A stretch of DNA of 63,598 bases, filler included, from Ministeria vibrans ATCC 50519 (GCA_943704425.1; 13 parts of 13 records of this genome joined end to end with filler, not necessarily neighbours in it); one strand, 5' to 3'; numbered from the whole stretch's first letter, positions 1-12,660 are shown. Program-made: numbers and translations. The notes: generated from the sequence alone by a model not told the origin.

Positions 1-90
<90 letters not shown>
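1..90. repeat. (CA)n microsatellite in a kinesin intron
   Basis: Perfect CA run. Confidence 0.97.
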
Positions 91-94
<4 letters not shown>

Positions 95-157
95 TACACA
101 GATGTGTACACATACATATGTACACACCACAAAGACACAGATCATGCACACACATAC

Positions 158-3100
158 CAAGTGCGCAAGAGACTGTAGGTACACGTAGACGGAGCCCAAG
201 AAGTAGTCTTCGGGAGGGTCCCAGTACGGGTCTTTGGTCTTGTCCACCTTGGGTATCTTGGCCGTCTCGATAAACTGCTGATGCAGCTCTGCCATGAGAT
301 ACTTTCGATTGATAAACTTGCCTACATATACGTGTGTACTCTCAGATCTCTTGCGGATGATCTCTCACACACTCAGTTGCATTACCCTTGCTCCACAGCC
401 ACACATAGTTACTCTTGGTATCGACCACCTTGACCATGACCTCCTTGCGTGTGTCCTGCAGATTGTGCGATGCTCCCGATTTAACCAGTAGGTCAAACTT
501 CATTCCCTACCCAAAACAATCAAACAGTTTACACCTTGGGAAAGACGTCGTGTTTTTTTGTGCGTGTTATGTGCGTGCGTGGTACTTTGAGAAGCTCTTC
601 ACTCATCGCGTTGGCTTCGCTGACGAGAGGCAGCAGATGGACGAGATCAGCGCGTATTTGCATGACCTCCTCGCTGCGCAGGCCTTGGGCATCGTCGTCG
701 TCGCCCCCGCCGCCCGTCGTCTTGGTGAGCCCTTGCACGTTGGCGATCTCGTTCTGGCAATACTCCCAGTCAATACGTAGTGCTGCATGCTTTTTGCGCT
801 CGCTTGGCAGCCCCACGAACACATACAGATTGTTGCTACCCAACAGAATGCGGTCCTGGTGCTGCAGCGCGGTTTCTTTGTAAATCAGCGCGCCATTCAC
901 CGTCACCTAACATTAAAAGACTAGTATGAGTTGGCTCGGATTGCAATATGTAAATGATACCTTCGCGTTGGTAATGGGCATAATGGAGACCTTTTTGCCT
1001 GTGTTGCGGATGATGGCGTGCTCCTTCTGGATGCTCAGCCCCTTCATCTGTAGTCGAAAGAACTTCTCGGCGGTGTGTTCGGTCACCTCGTCGCTGCCCT
1101 TGGCGCCCACAATGGTCTTGCCTGTCGCTATCAAATGGTGGATAATCCCGCTCAACTGCGTGTCCTCGTTGATGTTCGACAGGTACGGGTTCTTCTCCAG
1201 TTTTTCATCCTGCTCCCTCTCCTCCTTTGCCTTCTTTTCCCACTCACACTTCGCTTCCTCCAGTCGCTTTTGCCATGACTCTTTCATCTCCTCCAACTCC
1301 CGCTGGTTTCCCGCGATTTTATCTCGCATATCATCCTCCAACTCACCCTATAATTATATACCATTCGAACCAATTATTAAAAAATACATGTCATTAATGG
1401 ACTGTCAAATTAAAATAAACATAATAGTTTTACGTGTACGATGTTTACCTTCATGCGAGACATCTCGTCGGCACTGAGACCCTTGATGTCGGCCATGCCG
1501 CCCTTCTTCAGTAACTGCACCAGCTTGGCGTTCTCCTCGCGCAGTTCGCGAATGAGCTTCTCCGTTGCGTCTTCGTTGACGATTGCCTTGGTCTTGATGG
1601 CCTTGGCGCGATCTGCGTAACGCAGTGTACTCAGTGTCTCCTCGTAGTTGATGGCCGCCGGGCTGATTGCCGCAATCATAATCGTTTTGCTGTTACCCCC
1701 GAGCGCATTCATCAACAAACGTGTCAACACACTGTCACGGTACGGCACAATCACCTGAATTAGTGGAAATCATTAACGAATGTTAATATAGACTACCATC
1801 CAATTATACGCGAAATGTGTGTAGACCTGTTTGGTGTTGGTGCTATTGTCGGCGAGACAATGAATGACATTTCCAAGGGTGCTGAGGCTCTGGTTGATGG
1901 CAGAGCCCTCCTTCAGACGGTCTCCAGTCGCCCCAGTTGCATCTGCGCGCTCACTACCCGCCAAATCAACCAGGTTCACTTCGCTTTGGCGAGTCGTGTT
2001 GACGCCCGCCTGCGAGTCAAACACCTGCTTGATCCGAATCGTCACGACCATGTGCGATCGACTGCTTGTTGCGTTCATGTTGGTCGAGGCTGTCGTACGG
2101 TTCAGTGTGCCTTCGTCCATTCTCTATATATAAAACAGCACATACCATCAAAATAATAATCATTATTATTATTATTATTATTTTGAAATACGTATACTTC
2201 TTTATTTTTTTGTCTGTACCTGCTGAATTTGCTTGAAACTGTTCACCGGCACAATCTTCAGGCTGTCCACGAAGAAGCCTTTCTTGGGGTGCTGGCGCAC
2301 CTTGAGACCGCCTGTTGGGTTGTTGCGCGTCAGCAGATCGCGCACCTGTGCAAGACCATTATGATATTATTATTATTATTTTAATATAATAATAATTATT
2401 ATAATAGTAACATTATAAATAGTACCTGTTCGTTGTAGATTTCCAACATGGAAAAGGACACTTGAAACTCGTTCTTGGGGTTCTCTCGCATCGACTTGTC
2501 GATTTCCGCAAAGATGTGTTCGCCAATGCGAGGAATGAGTCCACGGTTCTTGCCATAGCCAATCATGGTGTACGACTTGCCACTGCCCGTCTGTCCATAC
2601 GCGAAGATGGTGGCGTTGTAGCCCTTGAATGCGTTGTCAATGACTCCGGCGCCCAGGTCGTCGTACACCCTCTCCTGACTCACGTACGCGCCCGTCGCCG
2701 ACTTGGACGAAAACACTCCATTTTCGTCCGTCTTGAAACCATCAAAACTCCAGTAGGAGTGGTCAAACGTAAACGACTTGACCGTCTTTTCGTTGTCTGT
2801 AGCAATGCAAATGCCAAAAGATTAATGGGCCACGAAAACAAAAATAACTAGCACTGTGATTGCAAACGTCAACAAAATACTTTGGACAAAAGAAACCGTT
2901 CATTTGCTCTTACTGGGATCCTTCACGGTTGTAATGTTATTGGCCATGCTCACACACGACTCAAGCTTCGTCGAGAGCTCTCGCTGTGAGCAGAGAAGAG
3001 ACAGAAGAAGAATTCATTTTTTGAAAGTGATTGACTCGGTTGTCAGGGCAACTGTCAATACGCACAAAAGCACATTCCAACGGGTTGTGCTGCAGTTCAA

Positions 3101-3452
3101 ACGATATTGTTGGAGGGAGATACAAGAGGGCAAAACAAAGGATGCAGCAACGGGTAGGGGTGGGCAGGAGCGAGTTGGAAGAGAAATTGAGCAAGGGAAA
3201 AAAAGAAACACTCAAAAGGGCCATGTCGTCTTGCGCTAATTAAGATCAAAAGAAACGGAAGGACAGTCGTGGCAAAGGCACAATAGGAATATAGGATGAT
3301 GGCAACGTATCGACAAGAAGGAGGTTGCCACAGAATGGTCACAAACGTACACCATAAGGAGGTCGAACTCGAACGACAACTTTGACGTTTTCTTCGCCAG
3401 CAGGGGTTGCTGTCGCCGATGCCTTAGATGCGGGCTTTGACGATTTGGACAT
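158..3452 (-). CDS. KIF28: Kinesin-3, KIF28/KLP-6-like; multi-exon, 3' end runs off the window
   Basis: Spliced exons give [25 protein letters not shown]-loop [50 protein letters not shown], then an FHA region ([11 protein letters not shown]...EHAII...VNG...DRILLGSN) and [13 protein letters not shown] at 3452. Confidence 0.88.
3039..3052. promoter_or_regulatory. Candidate RFX X-box GTTGTCAGGGCAAC in kinesin intron 1
   Basis: 12/14 match to the palindrome GTTGCCATGGCAAC. Confidence 0.4.
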
Positions 3453-3540
3453 GTCAAAGTTTAATAATTCTGATTTCTGAATTCTGATGATCAGTGACGA
3501 ACGAACACAATATTTTCATTCCTTTTCACGTTTCGCCGCG

Positions 3541-5076
3541 ATGCTATTGTACGTCGCGCTCCTTGCAACATGTATTTCCTCAGCCATTGGCGGGTCGCCT
3601 GGCAAGTGCGACGAGCATTTCCATGATTCGCTCGTCGACCATTTCGCCTTTCACAAAGACGCGACGACCGCAACATACCGCCAGCGCTACTTCGTCTGCC
3701 GCGAACACTGGAAGGGCAACGGCAGCCCCATCTTCTTCTACACGGGCAACGAAGGTCCTGTCGACCTCTATGTGAACAACACAGGGCTCATGTGGGAGAA
3801 TGCCGAGGCGTTTGGCGCTCTTTTAATCTTTGCCGAGGTTCGAAACTGCTTTTCGTTTTCTCTCCCTCTCACTTCTTTCATTGACGCGGCTTAGCATCGA
3901 TTTTATGGCGAGAGTATTCCGTATGGGGCGCAAGCAGCAGCACACATTGAGCTGCTCACGCACGAGCAGGCGATTGCCGACTATGCGACTCTGTTGGACG
4001 AGCTCAAAGCGACACTGCCTGCGACTCGCTCGGCAGTCATTGCCTTTGGGGGCAGCTACGGCGGCATGCTGGCGGCCTTTATTCGCACCAAGTACCCCAG
4101 TGTCATTGACGGAGCCATCTCAAGCTCAGCTCCACTGCGTGCCTTTCCCAACCAAGTGCCCGAGTGGAAGTCACAGACGTACTACGAGGTCATCACGGAC
4201 GATGCGACTCCCGCACGCGGCGCCTCTGTGCAGTGCGCTCCCAACATGCGCGCCCTCTGGCCTGCTCTCGACAGACTTGCTGCCAGCCCGGCAGGTCGTC
4301 GCCAACTCGCCACCTCGCTGCGCCTCTGCGATCCCATCGACTCCCCGACCGACGTCCAATCCGTCGCGTATTGGATCCGCGACGCGTGGGACACCCTGTC
4401 GATGGGAAACTACCCATTTCCCTCAAGCTACCTGACGGGCGGTGACGGCGAGTTGCCCGCCTGGCCCGTACGCGTTGCATGTAGCTCGCTCGCACAGAAG
4501 CTGGACCACGACGACGTGGCACTTGTGGGGGCGGTGCGCGAGGCCATTGCCGTTCTGTACAACGTGACACACACCACTGAGTGCTTTCAGGTTGCACCCA
4601 ATCCATTTGCTCACCTGAACGAGTCCATTGACGGCATTTGGGACTATCAATTCTGCACCGAGCACATGCCCGATTCCTTCTGGTTCACCAGCAACGGCGT
4701 CACCGACATGTTCTTCCCGTCGCCGTACAACCGCACCGCCATCGACGCTCACTGCCTCGCCGCCTGGGGCGTCGTCCAGCGGCCCCACTGGGTTACCCTC
4801 GAGTACGCTCTCCCATCCTTTGCCGCCGCCTCCAACATTGTCTTCTCCTCGGGCAAGTATGACCCTTGGTCCAGCGCGGGCATTGTCGACCTGCCCCCAT
4901 CCGCCGCCGCGCGCAACCTCACCTCCCTCCTTATTGACCAGAGCGGTCACCACCTCGATCTGTTCTTCTCCTCCCCCGACGACGTCGACTCCGTGCGCGC
5001 CGCACGCAAGGTCGAAATGCAGCATGTCGCCGACTGGGTGCAACAGCACAGCGACCGCCTCTCTTTCTCGACTTAA
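3541..5076 (+). CDS. PRCP: Lysosomal Pro-X carboxypeptidase (peptidase S28), one intron ~3838-3894
   Basis: Signal peptide, PIFFYTGNEG, AE|HRFYGES, GGSYGG (Ser), YDPWS (Asp), GHHLDL (His). Confidence 0.93.
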
Positions 5077-5249
5077 TACTCAAATAGAATCAATCAATAG
5101 GAATTCTCATTATAGTAATAACAATAATAACAACAATAATAATAAAATAATTATAATTATTATTAGTAGTAGTTGTAGTAGTAATTAGACAATTGCATAC
5201 TTTCTCGTTCGGATCTTGTATTATAAGCAGTAGTGATATCTTTTTGATG

Positions 5250-6881
5250 TTACATGTTGGAGGATGATCGCTTGAGTTTCAGGAGGCCACTGGTGATAGA
5301 GGAGCGAGTCGGTGTGGCAGACGAAGAAGTAGAAGGTGTGCGCCCGCTGCTGACTGCAATGGGTGTGCGAGGGCCACTGAGACGAGATGGTGTGTGTTCC
5401 ATAGACGCCAGTTTGGGCGTGGAGCGGCGGGCAAGCACACGGGCTGCGGGGGAGAGCGCTGCGAGTCGTTGAGCAGGTGTCAGGTGCGCCGTGGCCTGTG
5501 CTGAGCGGCCGAGACGCGCTGCAGCCACGCTGGCGGCAGTGGCAGTGGCGCGGGCCGTGTCGCGCTTCTTTTTTGTCGTCTTGGCGTCAAGGGCGTGTGC
5601 AAGCTGGTCGCGTGCCGACATGGAGCGTACGGTAAACTCGGGTCCGGCGCGGGGAAGCACAGCCCGGTCAAAGGAGGGCGTCGCTGACCCATCGAGACAC
5701 AGAGGGGTGCCCTCCACAGTGCCCCATGTCATCACGGGCGTCATGTCCACCCCCGGCGCGATGCGGGGTGTCACGACAAAGTCATAGCCGCCCATCTTGG
5801 GCGTGTCGGCGCCCAGCGCACTGTCGGCGACCGACGAGGCGGCGGGCGTGCTTGCAAGACGCTGGCGTCGTGTTGCGTCGTCGTCAAAGTCGAGCTCGGC
5901 ATCCGGTAGACGCGTGTTGGAGGGCACAACAACACGCGCCGTACGCGGCTGCATGTGATTCTGCGTCGTGGACGGCTGTCCCGACGGCACGTACATGAGA
6001 GTGTTTTGGGCTTGGTACGCATATCCCTCGGGCTTGGCGTGCTCCCGGCGTGCCAAGTCAGCCTTGCTGAGCGCCGCCGCAGGCAACGCGAGCTCGGCAG
6101 CACACTCGGCAATAGGCAGAGTCGTCGATGTGGCCGCACGCTTCGGAAGCGCAAGATTGCCCTCGACTGTCTCGTCACTCGAGGTTCCCACTAATCTGGT
6201 GTCTGCGTGTGGAGCCGCGGAGGATGTGGATGCGACATTTGACACTGTCGTAGCAGTAGTAGTAGCAGTTGTTGTTGAAGACGATGTTTGTGCAATCGCT
6301 GATGGTAGTGCAGTGGAGGCGGGTGTAGGCGCAGCAATGGCAAGAGGCTGTGAGGCGGAGCCGAGTGCCAAATGCTTGCGGCGCTCCTGGTCGTTGCGTT
6401 CCGCCTCGAACGCCCACGCATACTTGCGCTTTCGCGCTTCATTCTCGCGGTGCATAATCTCCTCAAAGGCAGCGTTGTCCTCGCTCGTGTGCTTGTGAAG
6501 AAAAGTCGACAGGGACTCGGAGCGAACGTCTGCACGACCCGACTCGTCGTTGCTCGCGACGTTGCGCCGACGCTCGTCCCGGCCTGGTGTCGCCCAGGGT
6601 CCTCTGCCGCCTCCGACGCCAGGCGAGTCAGCTGCACTATACTTGGCTGTGAACGACCGTAAGCGGACGGGATCGTCTGCGGCGTCTAGCAGCTCCAGCT
6701 GGCGACGACGCAGTTCGAGTGTTGGAAAATAGTCGCGCTCAACAATGTCCGAAATGCCCTTTTCAAACTCATCCTCGTCCAGAATCTTTTGGGTTTTCCC
6801 AGAAAATGCCCCCTCGGCACCACTCCGTGGCACTGGCTTGAACGGCACAGCTAATGTCGAAGTTGTCTTTGGCTCCTCCAT
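5250..6881 (-). CDS. ESS2: Splicing factor ESS2/DGCR14 (Es2) homolog
   Basis: ILDEDEF..I..IVERDYFP, SLSTFLHKHTSEDNAAFEEI, AQNTLMYVP, GYDFVVTP, PVMTWGTVEGTP, LSPAA. Confidence 0.92.
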   Translation of the reverse strand: MEEPKTTSTLAVPFKPVPRSGAEGAFSGKTQKILDEDEFEKGISDIVERDYFPTLELRRRQLELLDAADDPVRLRSFTAKYSAADSPGVGGGRGPWATPGRDERRRNVASNDESGRADVRSESLSTFLHKHTSEDNAAFEEIMHRENEARKRKYAWAFEAERNDQERRKHLALGSASQPLAIAAPTPASTALPSAIAQTSSSTTTATTTATTVSNVASTSSAAPHADTRLVGTSSDETVEGNLALPKRAATSTTLPIAECAAELALPAAALSKADLARREHAKPEGYAYQAQNTLMYVPSGQPSTTQNHMQPRTARVVVPSNTRLPDAELDFDDDATRRQRLASTPAASSVADSALGADTPKMGGYDFVVTPRIAPGVDMTPVMTWGTVEGTPLCLDGSATPSFDRAVLPRAGPEFTVRSMSARDQLAHALDAKTTKKKRDTARATATAASVAAARLGRSAQATAHLTPAQRLAALSPAARVLARRSTPKLASMEHTPSRLSGPRTPIAVSSGRTPSTSSSATPTRSSITSGLLKLKRSSSNM

Positions 6882-7021
6882 AAAAATATAATAAAAATGA
6901 GAATTTTTTTATTCGTAACAAGTTACAAATCCAATTTGAATTTTGAATCTTTTTATATTTCGCACTCATTTGTGTGTCTTCTTTGTGTGTGTTTGGATTT
7001 GCGTCTTGTTTGGATTCAAAA

Positions 7022-9468
7022 ATGGCGAAGACGAAGCGCATGACGCTTGGCATGAAGTACAAGATCAAACGAAACGTTCGCGAGCACAACAGAAAAGCCA
7101 AGCGCGATGCCAAAAAGAACCCCTCATTGCGCAAGAAGCTCAAGAAGGTACCAAGCAAAGTCGTGCGTGGCGACCGACACCCTTCCAAAGGGTGCCTTGC
7201 CCCACTTTCCGTTTTTTCGCGTTGCTTTCGCTGCGCGTGCCGGACGCCCCACGGCGCGAAACGTGCCGGTCGGGGCACCCATTCATGTGCACCCGTGTGT
7301 TCAATGGGATGGACGGGCCGCGGGCGTGTCGCATGACTTGGTTGTCTTTCCCATGTGGACAGGTCGGAGAACGAACCACGTTCAAACGTCTCTCGTCCGT
7401 TTTCTTGTAGGATCCGGGCGTCCCGAACATGTGGCCCTACAAGGAACAGGAGCTTCGCAAGCTCGAGGAACAGAAGAAACGACTTGCCGAGGTCGAGGAG
7501 CGTCAAAAGGTAAAACCAGTGCAGTGTCGCATTTGCCTTTTCGTTTTTCTTACTTGGCGCTCGTTCTTTCCCCTTTCAGAACGATCGTCGTGTGGCCGCC
7601 AACGAACGCCGTGGGCTAACGTCTGCCGCACAGGCGGGGAGCATGACAGCCCTGTCTAAAATTGCAGAGCGTGCTGGACGTCAGTTTGAGATGCGTTCGC
7701 TCAAGGCCGAAGAGTTGCACGAGCAGATTGACAGTGGTGTGTTGCGTGAAGGGTCGCGACGTGCCTACTACCGCGAGTTCAAGAAGGTTGTCGAGGCCTC
7801 CGACGTGATCCTCGAAGTGCTTGACGCACGTGATCCCATGGGATGTCGCAATGTGGCTCTGGAGGAGCAGATTTTGACGACGGGCAGACCAAAACGACTG
7901 GTGCTTGTGCTCAATAAGATTGATCTGGTGCCGCGTGAAGTCGTCGAGGGCTGGCTCAAGTACTTGCGAAACTTTTACCCCACTATTGCTTTCAAGGCCA
8001 ACACACAGGTACAGTGAAAATAGTTTATGATGAAATAATAGTCATAATAATTATTAATAATCATTATGACGTTTTTTTTAATTATTTTTATATTATTCAT
8101 TTTTTCATATTTTTTTTTGCATAGTCGTCGAAATCGAACCTGGGTCAAGAGAAGGTTTCTGCGCTGGTGGGAGCTGGTGTGTCGAGCGACGATGCAGCAA
8201 TGACGACAAGCCAGTGTCTGGGAGCGGACGCACTGATCCACCTGATGAAGAACTACAGTCGCAACCAGAACCTCAAGACGGCGATTAGTGTGGGGGTCAT
8301 TGGCTATCCGAATGTGGGCAAGTCGTCGCTTATCAACAGCCTGAAGCGGTCCAAGGCGTGCACGGTGGGCGCTACGCCCGGCGTGACCAAGCAGGCGCAG
8401 GAGATCCATCTCGACAAGAAGGTCAAACTCATCGACTGTCCCGGCATTGTCTTCCCAACGGTGACGGGCGCTGCGTCGGCCGCCGACATTGTCCTGCGCA
8501 ACTGCGTCAAGGTCGAGCAGGTCGAGGATCCTGTTGCGCCCGTCGAGGCCATTCTTGCGCGCTGCCCTCGCGTCCACATCCAAGAGGCATACGGCATTCC
8601 CGCCTTTCGCGACGTCGCCGAGCTGCTTGTTATGCTCGCACGCAAGCGTGGACGTCTCGGCAAGGACGGCATTCCCGATGTCGATGGCACTGCCCGCTCC
8701 GTTTTGCGCGACTGGAACACCGGCAAAATCCCCTTCTACACTGCAGCACCCACAGCAAGTGCCATGAAGAACACACACGTTGGTGCGTCCGTTGTCGATA
8801 CGTTCGCAACCGAGTTTAACGTCGACGCCAAGACACTTGCCGAGCAGGACAAGGCTGTGTTGGGCGCTATCAAGGGCGAGGCTGACGACGCACGTATGTT
8901 TGTCGCCATGGCGCAGGCTGATGAGCCCGCCGAGGAACGCATGCAATGGAGCGACAACGAAGACGAAGAAGAGGACGACGATGACGAGTACGAGTCAATG
9001 GACGAGGATGACGAGGACGAAGAGTACGACGATGATGACGAAGAGGAGGAGGAGGAGGAGGAGGATGGGATGGATGAGGACGAGGACGATGAGGACGCTG
9101 AGGCGGCAGAGCGGGTGCGTCAGCTGGAGCTGCTGCAGCAGGCGCACGCCATGACACAGTCCAAGAAGAAGGCCAAGGCTGCCGAGGAGGCCGCGCTGAT
9201 CAGCAAGGCCGAACAAAAACGTCGCATGCACATGCCCGAGGATGAGGCTAACCTCCAGGTCAACAAGTCGAGGCAAAAGTTTCTCAAGGAGGAGAAGAAA
9301 CGCCTCAAGAAGCGTAAGTTTGCTTTTATTCTTTTATTATTATTATTGACAACTTGCATTGTAGTCAAAGCCAAAGAACAGCGTCTTGATGCGGACGCGG
9401 ATGGTGATGTTGGTATGGCTGCGTTTGACGAAGATGCGCCATACGACTTTGCAACCGATTGGAAATAA
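7022..9468 (+). CDS. GNL3: Nucleostemin/GNL3 (Nug1)-like circularly permuted GTPase, multi-exon
   Basis: [16 protein letters not shown]|[62 protein letters not shown], acidic tail. Confidence 0.93.
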
Positions 9469-10102
9469 AAATTAAGTTTTAGAGGTTTCACACACACAGT
9501 TTTGTCACTATTCAATAATTTTTTATTATTATTCATTTTCAAGATCACGATTTCTTATCGAGAACCTCCTCACTGAGATTGTTATCAGGACGTTAGAATG
9601 GCATCATCCGGTAGGCCCTGGGATGGATCGCCGTCGTCATTCACCGTGTTGATGTCTTCTTCAAATGTTGAAGCAACGATGCACCTCTCCTGATCCACTT
9701 GCTCCCTCTCCTGCTTCCTATCCTACTCTCCCACTCTCCCACTCTCCCTCTTTCTCTATTTATATTTCTAACGATTCGGTTTGAGCGATACTAAAAAAAA
9801 ATGGGTTTTCGTGAAGGTTTCGCTTGGGGTGTTGCGACCACACCAGCCTCTTCCACTGCGCCCCAGCCGACGGCACCGGTACGTTTTGCCATGCAAGCGC
9901 CTCTTTTTTGGCGATTATTCGACCCGATGACTTGAAATTTTGACAATTCGTGGCATAATCCTTTTTTTTTTCTTTTTTTCTTTTTTTTTCCGTGTCGGTT
10001 TAGGCGGCAAACACGTCGAATCGGCACTCGCTGCAGCCACAAACCTCTTCAACGGCACCCGGAAGAGGCTATGGCGAGCCTCCGTCGTCGAGCGCGCCGT
10101 CG

Positions 10103-11416
10103 ATGGCGTCGCAGTGGGGACGTCGAAGTGCACCGTTTCGATCAGCGCAGCCTGAACCACCGCAAGCGCCAGTGCGCCACCTGGGCGGTGCGATTGCCGG
10201 TCCCCCGAACTTTCAGCAGCAGCAGCAGCAGCAGCAGCAGCGCTCTGTCACTCCTGCTGCTCCCATGCCTCGTCATGGTAACTCCATGGGCACTGATCTG
10301 CCTGTTGGTGCGCCGTCCCCTGCGTTTGTCCAGCAGCAGAAGCAGCAACAGTACGAGGCGCAGCAGCGTGCCCAGCAGCAACAGTACGAGGCGCAGCAGC
10401 GTGCCCAACAGCAACAGTACGAGGCAGAGCAGCGTGCACAGCAGCAACAGTACGAGGCGCAGCAGCAACAGCAGCGCCAAGCTGAGTTGCTTCAACAACA
10501 ACATGAGGAGCAGCAACGTCGGTATGAGCAGCAACAACAGCAGCATCAGCAACTCCGCCAACAACAGATTGCCAGCATGCCCGAGTCGAGTTTGTCCAGT
10601 GCACCGCCTGCAGGAGCTCACGCACCAGCGATGCGCAAGACTTCGCTCAGTGCCAAAACGGAAATGTCCGATTTTTGCAACACGTTTCACAGCCGACGAT
10701 CCTCCGTTGCCCGTGAAGTGCAGCCTGTTGGCGCAGCTGGTGGCCGAGCATCTTTGTCAGCTTCACCCGTCGCCCCCGTTTCCAACTGGGGGCAACAACA
10801 GCAGCAGCAGCAGCAGCAGCAGCAAGAAGAGCAGGCACGTCAAGCAGAACAGGCGCGCGTTGCTCAATGGGGAGCGCAAATGCAGTCACAACGGCAGCGA
10901 CCTCCCTCGTCACTGTCCAATAGATCATCCTCATCGTCTGCAATGCCTCTTGCCCCAGTCCACCAGCAGTACGAGCAGCAATATGAGCAGCCCCAGTACG
11001 GACACCAGCAGTATGGACAGTCACAAGTGCAGCCACAACAGCAGTACGGGCAGCCATTAGCGCCGCAACAGCAGTACGAGCGACCATCGCAGCCGCAGCA
11101 GTCGCAGTCGCAGGTGCAGACGCAACAGCAGCCATTTCGCTCAGCTGGACAAGGAGAACATGCTTCAACCTCTGATTGGGCACACGCAGCGCAGTCGCAA
11201 GACTCAGCTCAACCCACGCAGTCAGCACGGTCTACTTCTGCGCCCGTGTCGTTCAACTGGGATCAACAGACTCAACCTGCTCAGGGATTGCCCACTCAAG
11301 CTTCGGGGGCGAACGGGACTCTCCAGCAGCAGACGGCGACGCCCTCTTCGCTTGCACAAACCGACTCGCCGGCTGTCTTTGATTGGAATTCACAACAACA
11401 GCAGCAACAACAACAA

Positions 11417-11454
<38 letters not shown>

Positions 11455-11479
11455 ACAACAACAGCAACAACAACAACAA

Positions 11480-11543
<64 letters not shown>

Positions 11544-12428
11544 CGCAGCAGCAGCAACATCAGCAGCAACAACAACCGCAGCAGCAGCAGCAGCAACAAC
11601 AGCAGCAGAAGCAATCACTTCAAATGCAACAGTCGCAACTGCAGTTTGAGCAAAACTCTCAGCCGCCGCAGGATATTCTGCAATACCACTCATCTGCCGT
11701 CAACTCTTCATCGACTTTCCCTCCCGTGCAGCCTGACGTCTTTCGATGGGGTGACGTGGTCAGCCTTCCGCCAGAGTCTACGTTGCCGGTCGGGGACACT
11801 GAAGATACACCGGCAACCAGCGAATCCCAGTCGGCACTTCCATCGGCGGACACGTATGCGTGGTCAACTTCTCCTGTGCAGCCACACGACAGCCAACTTA
11901 GTCCTTCTGCAGAGAACGGCGCTGCTGTACGTGCCGTTGCACCAGTTGCTCTCTCTGATCAAGCGAGCTCTTTGCAACTGGACAGTCGACCACAGCAACC
12001 GCCGCAGTCATGGCAACCTGAGACTGCGTCTGCCTCGGTGCAGGAGCAGTCGTGGCAATCCCAGCCGACAAACGAGCCCTCGCACGACAACACTGCTCCG
12101 CCGCCGCAGCAGTCGTGGCAACCTGAGACTGTGTCTGCCCCGGTGCAGGAGCAGTCGTGGCAATCCCAGCCGACAAGCGAGCCCTCGCACGACAACACTG
12201 CTCTGCCGCCACAGCAGTCGTGGCAACCTGAGACTGCGTCTGCCTCGGTGCAGGAGCAGTCGTGGCAATCCCAGCCGACAAGCGAGCCCTCGCACGACAA
12301 CACTGCTCTGCCGCCACATCAGTCGTGGCAATCCCAGCCGACAAACGAGCCCTCGCACGACAACACTGCTCCGCCGCCGCAGCAGTCGTGGCAACCTGAG
12401 ACTGTGTCTGCCCCGGTGCAGGAGCAGT
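10103..12428 (+). CDS. Glutamine-rich low-complexity protein, 3'-truncated at linker; function unknown
   Basis: Open frame of about 775 codons with mixed CAG/CAA polyQ, QQQQYEAQQRA repeats and in-frame tandem repeats. Confidence 0.75.
11995..12428 (+). repeat. Coding tandem repeat, ~108-bp unit (PPQQSWQPETASASVQEQSWQSQPTNEPSHDNTA), about 4 copies
   Basis: Near-identical units, one with an internal in-frame deletion. Confidence 0.9.
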
Positions 12429-12528
12429 NNNNNNNNNNNNNNNNNNNNNNNNNNNNNNNNNNNNNNNNNNNNTTAATTAATTAANNNNNNNNNNNNNNNN
12501 NNNNNNNNNNNNNNNNNNNNNNNNNNNN
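12429..12528. other. Artificial contig linker N44-TTAATTAATTAA-N44; others start at 28910, 30143, 31387, 34623, 39776, 41864, 44429, 53201, 56951, 58335, 60405
   Basis: Identical 100-nt unit with stops in all six frames; genes are truncated at these points. Confidence 0.97.
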
Positions 12529-12530
12529 CC

Positions 12531-12660
12531 ACTGTTCTCCCATGTTACCTCTAGAGTTTCGGTCGAGTTTGCAAGGCGGTCTGGCTGTGTCTTCGCGTGG
12601 TGACTGTATCATTAATAAATGGGTTGTATTCTTCTTCTTCTTATTATTAATAATAATAAG
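12531..12660 (+). mobile_element. Dispersed repeat, probable non-LTR retroelement/SINE 3' end with (TTC)n(TTA)n tail
   Basis: ...GGTGACTGTATCATTAATAAATGGGTTGTATTCTTCTTCTTCTTATTATT recurs at ~45010-45160 (+), 33198-33254 (-), ~60605-60685 and ~61010-61068 (+), degenerate at ~25960-26005 (-). Confidence 0.7.

Noticed and set aside
7975-8946. Antisense ORFs over GNL3, cadherin, ITPR and others as overlapping genes
   Set aside because: Shadow frames of GC-rich coding sequence with no motifs
11995-12428. Tandem array as CRISPR
   Set aside because: No unique spacers; it is an in-frame coding repeat
12473-12484. Recurrent TTAATTAATTAA palindrome as a biological repeat or recombination site
   Set aside because: Always centred in exactly 44+44 Ns; it is an assembly linker with stops in six frames
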